Below, piece after piece: positions 56,181 through 64,000 of a DNA stretch of 64,000 nucleotides. The stretch's first letter is position 1. Each line of letters begins with the position of its first letter. This DNA is from Felis catus. Its lineage: Eukaryota. The notes beneath the pieces were generated by a model, which worked only from the letters and a program-made list of their open reading frames with translations, did not search any database and was not told the origin of the DNA. Location of the stretch: assembly GCF_018350175.1 (NCBI RefSeq), contig NC_058369.1, positions 2,048,001 through 2,112,000 of the forward strand, in the 5' to 3' direction. Made by a program: the position numbers and the translations under genes.

Positions 56181-56615
56181 GGGGCGCCTGAGTGGCTCAG
56201 TAGGTTGAGCGTCCAACCTCGGCTCAGGTCATGATCTTGCAGTCTGTAAGTTAGAGCCCTGCATCAGGCTCTGTGTTGACAGCTCAGAGCGTGGATCCTG
56301 CTTTGGATTCTGTGTCTCCCTCTCTCCCTGCCCCTCACCTGCTCACACTCTGTCTCTCAAACATAAATAAACATTTTTTTTTAATTTTTTCAACATTTAT
56401 TTATTTTTGGGACAGAGAGAGACAGAGCATGAACGGGGGAGGGGCAGAGAGAGAGAGGGAGACACAGAATCGGAAACAAGCTCCAGGCTCTGAGCCATCA
56501 GCCCAGAGCTTGACGCAGGGCTCAAACTCACGGACCGCGAGATCGTGACCTGGCTGAAGTCGGACGCTTAACCGACTGCGCCACCCAGGCGCCCCAATAA
56601 ACATTTTTTAAAAAA
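56181..56615. mobile_element. Can-SINE (+) with a nested inverted young SINEC_Fc (-, ~56380-56594)
   Basis: Inner TSD aataaacatttttt. Confidence 0.92.
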
Positions 56616-58269
56616 TGTCTGTACTAACCAAAGTAATCTACACATTTAATGCAATCCCTATCAAAATACCACCAGCATTTTTCACAGAGTTAGAACAAAC
56701 AACCCTAAAATTTGTTTGGATCCACAAAAGATCCCAAATAGCCAAAGCAATTGTGAAAGTCATATTACAAAGCTGTAGTCATCAAGACAGAATGGTACTG
56801 GCACAAAAACAGACACATAGATCAGTGGAACAGAATAGAAAACCCAGAAATAGGCCCACAACTGTATGGTCAACTAAGCTTTGACAAAAGCAGGAAAGAA
56901 TATCCAAAGAAAAAAAAGTCTCTTCAACAAATGGTGTTGGGAAAACTGGACAGCAACATGCAGAATAATGGAACTGGACCACTTTCTTACACCATACACA
57001 GAATTAAATTCAAAATGGATGAAAGACCTAAATGTGAGACAGGAAACCATCAAAATCCTAGGGAAGAACACAGGCAGTAACTTCTTTGACATCAGCTGTA
57101 GCAACTTCTTACTAGATAGGTCACCTGAGGCAAACGAAACAAAAGCAAAAATAAACTATTGGGAATTCCTCAAGATAAGCTTCTGTTCAGCAAAGGAAAC
57201 AATCAACGAAACTAAAAGGCAACCTTTGGAATGAAAGACGATATTTGCAAATGACATATCTGATAAAGGGTTAATATCCAAGCATATAAAGAATTTATAA
57301 AACTCGGAACCCAGAAAACCAATAATCCACTTTAAAAAATGGGCAGAAGACATGAATACATATTTTTCCAAAGAAGACATACAAATTGCCAACACACATG
57401 AAAAGACGCTTGATGGCACTCAGCATCAGGGAAATAAAAATAAAATTCAATGAGGTATCACCTCACACCTCATTAACAACACAGGAAACAACAGGTGTTG
57501 GCAAGGATGTGGAGAAAGGGAGGCCCTCTTGCACTGTGGTGGGATTGCAAACTGCACAGCCACTCTGGAAAACAGTATGGAGTTTCCTCGAAAAGTTAAA
57601 AATAGAATTACCTTATGATCCAGTAAATGCACTACTATTTACCTAAAAGATACAAAAATATTGATTCAAAGGGATTCGCGCACCCCAATGTTTATAGCAG
57701 CATCATTTGTAATAGCCAAGATATAGAAACAGCCCAAGTGTCCATCGACTGATGACTGGGTAAAGATGTGGGGTGTGTGTGTATGGAATATTATTCAGCC
57801 ATAAAAAGAATAAAATCTTACCATTTGCAACAACATGGATGGAGCTAGAAAGTATTATGCTAAGTGACATAAGTCAGAGAAAGACAAATGCCGTATGATT
57901 TCACTCATATGTGGAACTGAAGAAACAAAACAGATAAACAAAAAACAAAAAAGAGATGCAAACCAGAAAACAGACTCTTAATTATAGAGACAAACTGAGG
58001 GTTGCTGGAGGGGAGGTGGACAGGGGAATGGGTTAAAGGGGTGATGGGTATTAAGGAGGGCACTTTTTAAGGAGGCCACTTGTCATGATGAACACCTGAT
58101 GTTGTATGTAAGTGATGAGTCACTGAATTCTACTCCTGAAACTAATATTGCACTGTATGTTAACCAATGGGAATTTAAATAAAAACTTGAAAAAAATAAA
58201 ACAAAACAAAAAAATGATAGCAATTGTTCCAAGATGGAAAGTTGAATCCACATGAAAAAATAAAGAACA

Positions 58270-58495
58270 GGGCACTTGAGTGGCTCAGTTGGTTCAGTGT
58301 CCAATTTCGGCTCACGTCATGATCTCGCTGTTCATGGGTTCAATCCCTGCATCGGGCTCTGTGCTAACAGCTCACAACCTGCAGCCTGCTTTGGATTCTG
58401 TGTCTCCCTCTCCCTCATCCCTCCCCACCCCCTTTGCTCATGCTGTCTCTCTCTCTCTCTCAAAAATAAATAAACATTAAATTTTTTAAAATAAT
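58270..58495 (+). mobile_element. Can-SINE
   Basis: TSD aaaataa(t)aaagaa-like; SINE head and CT tract. Confidence 0.88.
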
Positions 58496-59424
58496 AAAGA
58501 AAAATGATAAATGTAGTGACATAAATGCATATTTTTCTCCTTAACTTTCCTGACTTCAAAGGCAATGGTGTAGAATGTTTATAATGTATTGTTGGGTGTA
58601 TAACACATATGATGTATTAAATATTTGTAATCTACTTCCCAAAAACAGCACAAAGGCGGTGGTAGGAGCAAAACTGTAATGGAAAAGAGGTGAAAATGAT
58701 TCAAGATGATAAAGTATACATTAAAACATGCATTGTTGGCTTTGTAACATATAGAGAAGTAATGTCTCATAAAGGGGGGACAAGAACTACCTAGGAGTAA
58801 CATTTCTGTACCTCACTGGAATTGAGCAATCCTAAATCTGAAGATGATCTGATTAGGTGTATATGGCAATCATAAAACAACCAAGTTTTTAAAAAGAAAA
58901 AAATACTGAAAAATGTAATTAAACCAATTGAAATGCTTTACTGGAAAAAATTAATGCAAAACAAAGTAGTAGAGGACTGTAGGAACAAAGGCACGAGACA
59001 CACCAGGAGTGAATGGGGACACAGGACAACCACATCGATGATGACATTAAGTGTGAAAGGACCATACAACACAACAAAAGGCAGAGGTGGTCAGAATGCA
59101 TCATGAAACATGACCTGACTGTATTCTCTCTACAGGAGACACTCTGCTGGCACTTGCAGTGACCTCCCAGCTGGCCCCTCAAGTGTGCCATGCACCTCTT
59201 CTAGAGCTGTGTGTGATCAATTCTACTTCAGTTCCCCTTGGATTTTTGCTGAACCAGGACTGTTCGTTAGAAACCCTAGGGCTCTGGGCTCCACCTAACA
59301 AATGCTAACTTAAAAAATCAGAGCTGGCACCACAGACAGGATGCTAATCATCCATAGGGAATGCCAACTGGCATTAGCAACTGCCCTGCCATTGCAAACA
59401 GTAAATGCAGCACAGTGTAAGACA

Positions 59425-59540
59425 TGTGCTGACAGCTCAGAGCCTGGAGCCTGCTTCAGATTCTGTGTCTCCCTCTCTCTCTCCCTCTATCTGATCCTCC
59501 CCCCAACCCTCTCTCTCAAAAATAAACAAACATAAGAAAA
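59425..59540 (+). mobile_element. 5'-truncated Can-SINE
   Basis: tgtgctgacagctcagagcctggagcc...CT tract, A tail. Confidence 0.8.
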
Positions 59541-59789
59541 ACACACTTAATCCTGAGGTCATTAGCCGCCCCCTCCCCCCCCCCCCCCCCCCCCCCGCCC
59601 CACAGTAGCCTAATGTGCCAGGTTAAAACTGGGTGGCAGTGAATGGACTCTAACAATGGAAGTTTAGATGCATATGTTCCTGCCATTAATTCTCCCATCC
59701 CCAATGTAATAGAGATGATGATAAATGACATCCTAGAAGCTCAGGGCCTCTATTTGGCCGGCCTAGATTCACTCAATATATTTCACTCC

Positions 59790-60479
59790 TGAAGGGATTC
59801 AGATCAAATCTAAAACATGCCACTTTTGCACAAGGACTATTTTGAGCTGCAGGCAATAGAGACCCTGTGAATCTAATGCCCGGAGAGAAACTTTGGTCCC
59901 TCCCTTAACTACCTAGAAAAATCCAAGTTGGGGGCCTTTCCCAGATAAGAGTCAATTAAAAAGATAAATCTTATCTGAGTGACCTATCTGTATGACAAGG
60001 CAAACATCTGATTACCAAACATCTGTTTTTTTAGGTTTGTTTACTTATTTTGAGAGAGACAGACAGCAGGAGAGGGGCAGAGAGAGGGAGAGACAGAATC
60101 CCAAGGAGACTCTGTGCTGTCAGTGCAAAGCCCAACATGGGGCTGAAACTCACAAACCATGAGATCATGACCCAAGCCGAGATCAAGAGTCGGACACTTA
60201 ACTGATGGAGCCACCCAGGTGCCCCCAAACATCTCTTCTTATTGGCCTGTGAATTTGCCCTCCTCCCTTTTGAAGCCCCAGGCCCCTATCCCATTCCTAT
60301 GCTCAGGATGGCATACATACCTCATTTTACCTGTCTTTGAATTTCTCTTGTATGTTAGGTTCCCATATGTTACAAAATTAAGTTTGATTTCTTCCTATTA
60401 ATGTGTCCCATGTCAATGTAATTCTTACACCAGCCAGAAGAACCTTTGAAGGGTACAGGAAGATTTTTCCTCCCCAACA
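59790..60479 (+). mobile_element. MER34-like ERV1 5' LTR with a Can-SINE (60025-60226, -)
   Basis: TGAAGGG...atgccacttt...tattttgagctg start; ttttcctccccaaca end; SINE TSD caaacatct. Confidence 0.8.
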
Positions 60480-60483
60480 CTTT

Positions 60484-60501
60484 TGGCAAGCCAGCCAGGA
60501 G
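60484..60501 (+). promoter_or_regulatory. Primer-binding site complementary to tRNA-Arg(ACG)
   Basis: TGGCAAGCCAGCCAGGAG versus TGGCGAGCCAGCCAGGAG (17/18), just after the LTR. Confidence 0.8.
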
Positions 60502-62392
60502 ACCTCACTATCTGGGTACTGCTCACCCCACACCTGTTGCAGTAGAAAGATCCTGGGACCTCTGAGAAGAGCTGGCAAAAACTAAGAATTCTTACATTGG
60601 AGTCTTGGGTGTCTACCTGCACAGTCCAGTGGAAGCAGTGGTGAGTCTCCTTCCCTTTTTTTTTTTTTTTTCCTTTTCTAAACTTAGATTAGCAGGAGAA
60701 CTTATTTGTGGAACTGGTTCCCTGGGATTAGCAACTCTAGTGGTCCTTTTTTTCTCAGAGATGGTCCTAGTTTTTCTCTGTTGTGTTGTTTGTTATAAGG
60801 GAAACCACAGGGCACAACTCTGCACGTGAGGCTGCTGTCCAAGCCTGTGTCCCAGACTGGTGGCTGCTCTGCTCTCACCAGACCACGTCTTTCTGGCCAA
60901 ACTCTGCCATGGGTTAACGTGCACACGAGGGGAAGTCTGCTGCTAAGGGACATCTGAAAGCCAAAGCCACACAATTGACAGGCACAGAGAGAGAGGTAGT
61001 AGTTTGGCTCTGAGAGACCCAAGATTCAGCTAAAGCTGTTAATGTGCATGTAAAAAAAACTTTTGTCTTGTTCTATATCCTGAGAATATGGTTTTGTGAC
61101 CACTGAGAATATTCTTTCTGGGCTCCACCATCTGGATGGTACACTTAATGGGGTGCGACATCGCATCTCGTTGAATAGGCTGGGGTTCCAAGCAGCACAA
61201 TTGAGCCATGCCAAGCCTCAGGGGAATTGTCATCAAGGGTCCCAGTCCATGAGGGGTCTTTGTCATTTCAATCGTCATTACTTTGTTAGTGAGCACCTGC
61301 CCAGTGAAGGGGGTTTGTGGCTGGAGGCATTTCATGTTCTCCTGGGAACTGGACTACACCATCCTTGCTGCTTATGAATGAAGGCCTTTGCTTTCTTACA
61401 CTCTCTGGGAATGAACTTTCTGGATCTTGTAAACACTGCATATTTCATAGTCTCTTGTGTGAGGCCTCTTTGGGCCACAAAAAGCCTTCATGGTTTGAAT
61501 CGCTATTGACAGATACCACTCATCAATGCATCAATGACCAGATGATGGATCCTTTGAATTGGCTATATTTGAGAGAAAAAAAAAAAAAAACTTAGAAGAG
61601 TTGTCATCCTAAACAATCAATTTATTGGCACCTGTGGAGACACCTAGCACCAAAAAAATGTAACGGCTAGCCTTAGGGAGTCCCTTAAGATGAAGAACAG
61701 AAATTAGAACAAAAATTAAATTCAGTGCAAATTCCCCTTATCACAATGCGGCCCCATCTGCCTGTTTTAGCTTCCCTTCATTCTCTAGGCCTGGGGGTAT
61801 GCAGGTTTCTCAGGTAAATGCTGGAAGTCAGAAGCACCCGGGACAGGCAGGGCTTGCCAGCCTCTGGTCTTCCTCTGTAACGTTCTTTATGGATCTGTCC
61901 TGGGCCCCTACCCAAAGAATTCTTGTCCTCTGAACAGCAGCAGATCTTTTCAGCAGATTATACGAAATTCAGAGAAGAGTTAGAAAAATCAGTGGCTACT
62001 CACCCTCACCCCCACCATCACAGAGGGAACAGAGGACTAGAATTTCTCCTGGGCTCTCCCACAAATGACCAGCTGAAGGCTGATGTTCAGGGGCTGGCAG
62101 GATAAGACGATAAAATTCCATGATGCCTCCTCCTTTCCAAATCCAGACCCACTGGTTATTGGTCCTTTCTCTCCCAGGTATAGCTGTTGCTTTCTTGCTT
62201 GGCTCATTTTGTCTGCCTGCCTGGGACACACAGGTTGTCACTTCTTCCTTATGGCTAAATTTGGGAGTGACTCTGTATCCTGGGAAGGCAGTATCCTTTG
62301 CATCCTCCTTTGGAGGGGGCGGGGATAAGTTACTCAATACTGCCATCAGTTATTTACTGTTTGGGCTGAAAACTGACACGATCTTCAAAAGA

Positions 62393-62625
62393 ATTTTTTT
62401 TTTAATTTTTTTTTCAACGTTTATTTATTTTTGAGAGAGACAGACAGAGAGAGACAGAGCATGAACGGGGGAGGGGCAGAGAGAGAGGGAGACACAGAAT
62501 CGGAAACAGGCTCCAGGCTCTGAGCCATCAGCCCAGAGCCTGACGCGGGGCTCGAACCCACAGACCGCGAGATCGTGACCTGGCTGAAGTCGGACGCTTA
62601 ACCGACTGCGCCACCCAGGCGCCCC
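62393..62625 (-). mobile_element. Young SINEC_Fc
   Basis: TSD aaaagaattttttt; near-consensus sequence. Confidence 0.95.
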
Positions 62626-62852
62626 AAAAGAATTTTTTTAAAGTAGCTCTGTGGTCAAAAGTTGGCAACATTGGAAGCTGATATTTTCAGCCTGATAGGA
62701 ATTTAGGCTTTCTCTCCTAAGGTAAAATAAAACCAGGTACCCAGAGAGAAAGAAGTAAACTGAGGATAATGTAGTTGGATGGGTAGATCAACCCAAGATG
62801 TCATTTAAGTTGCAATATAATTCTCTGAGGAATTGAGAGCAAATGTCCTTAT

Positions 62853-63040
62853 CTTTTTAAAAAATGTTTTATTTTTGAGAGAGTACAAGGGAGGGAAAGG
62901 CAGAGAGAGAGAGAATGAATCTGAAGCAGGCTCCAGGCTCTGAGCTGACAGCACAGAGCCCGACGTGAGGTTGTAACTCATGAACCATGAGATCATGATC
63001 TGAGCTGAAGTTGACGCTTAACTGAGTCACCCAGGTGCCC
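62853..63040 (-). mobile_element. Can-SINE
   Basis: TSD gc(a/g)aatgtccttatcttt. Confidence 0.92.
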
Positions 63041-63393
63041 TGCGAATGTCCTTATCTTTAATTACGGCCCAAGAATTATCCAAAAACAAGGCAAACTCCT
63101 TCAGCCTGTCATTTTGGCCAATTCCCAAACCTCCCCTCTTTGTCTCCAAAGGTTCATGTTGTCCTGAGAAACCAAAGTCCTTGGAGAAACTTGGACACTT
63201 TCTTTGTGCCTCTGTCATGTAGACTTTCTACCCATCTTGTCTAACATCTAAGAGCCATTCTTTGAAGTGCAAACTTTAGGGAGAGGTTTCTCATCACAAA
63301 CAAAGAGGGAGAGGAAGTAACTGGAAATTGAACAAATGAAACATCTCCACAAATCTTAGGGACTATAAGGTCTCTGCATCTGTTCATACATGC

Positions 63394-63699
63394 TTTCCCC
63401 TAGTTGCTTACTGTCTGGCTCTGTCCTGTCGTTCCACAGTGACCTCAGACAGAGGCCCTCCCTGCCACCCAAGCTCGTACCCTGTCTCTGCCTAGTTTCT
63501 TGATGACCTCGTCACTGGCTGTCTCCATTTATTTGTATACCTCGTATTTTCTATCCCCACCAGAATGTAAACTCCCTGAGGGCACAGACTTTTCTTGTTC
63601 TTCCTCTGTCCCCACAATGAAGATTAACCTGAACCTGGCAGATCATAGCCACTTAATAAATATTCACGAACAAAAAAAAAAAACAAAAAAAAAAACAAC
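63394..63699 (+). other. Polyadenylated insert containing an L2 3' end
   Basis: L2-like agaatgtaaactccctgagggcacagact...cttaataaatatt followed by a ~30-nt A tail; flanked by catgc. Confidence 0.6.
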
Positions 63700-64000
63700 C
63701 ATGCATTGTATGGTATTTTTCTGCTTCTGGATGGCTTTGCCAAAATTAATTTATGGAAGAGTTCTGTTTATCTGGTTTGAAGGCAAGAACTGATAAGGGG
63801 TGGCTATTCTAAAACTTTCAGAAATATAAAAACTAATCCAAATGTTTCTCAGTTTCATATGATCTAGAATTAACCTTTAATAAATAAAAGCTAATTGAAG
63901 TTTGCTGACTGAAATAAGCATGTCTTTAGTTAATAACATTAAATAGAAAACTTTTATCCTACCTACGCTTACTCATCAAATAAGTTCATAAGTTCACTCT

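Larger units (their letters stand above)
51001..58213 (+). mobile_element. Full-length decayed carnivore L1 (5'UTR, ORF1 ~52600-53400, ORF2 ~53445-57920, 3'UTR, poly-A)
   Basis: ORF1 and ORF2 motifs (tttgcagatgacatg at 55906), A tail; imperfect TSD aactggtagcaatcg / aaatgatagcaattg. Confidence 0.9.
49896..59150 (+). mobile_element. Ancient L1M ORF1/spacer region, split by a full-length L1
   Basis: ORF1-like sequence at 50560-50985 resumes at 58230 (ccaagatggaaagttgaatccac); ORF2-start-like sequence at ~59030-59140. Confidence 0.65.
60480..64000 (+). mobile_element. ERV1 (MER34/MER4-group-like) internal region, runs off the window
   Basis: Follows LTR and PBS; no intact ORFs; interrupted by SINEs. 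Confidence 0.6.

Overview
Mammalian genomic DNA, almost certainly felid (dense SINEC_Fc-type Can-SINEs and carnivore L1s), from a KRAB zinc-finger cluster resembling the human ZNF57/ZNF77 locus. The window holds the last two exons of a ZNF77-like gene (+, 4.9-7.0 kb) and a convergent, inactivated ZNF57-like gene (-, 34.7-38.0 kb). A duplicated CCAAT-rich promoter module at 16 and 18.6 kb has no downstream coding exon in the window. The rest is mostly nested transposable elements. The most notable is a complete but decayed 7.8-kb betaretrovirus-like (HERV-K/HML-like) provirus at 40698-48541, with a tRNA-Ser primer-binding site and 6-bp TSD, inserted into an L1. Also present: a solo LTR of a second beta-like family, ERV1 remnants, a full-length L1, an L1 with a 3' transduction, and about 30 Can-SINEs. 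I found no evidence of a wholly new biological system. Family names and orthology are from recalled sequences and need database confirmation.
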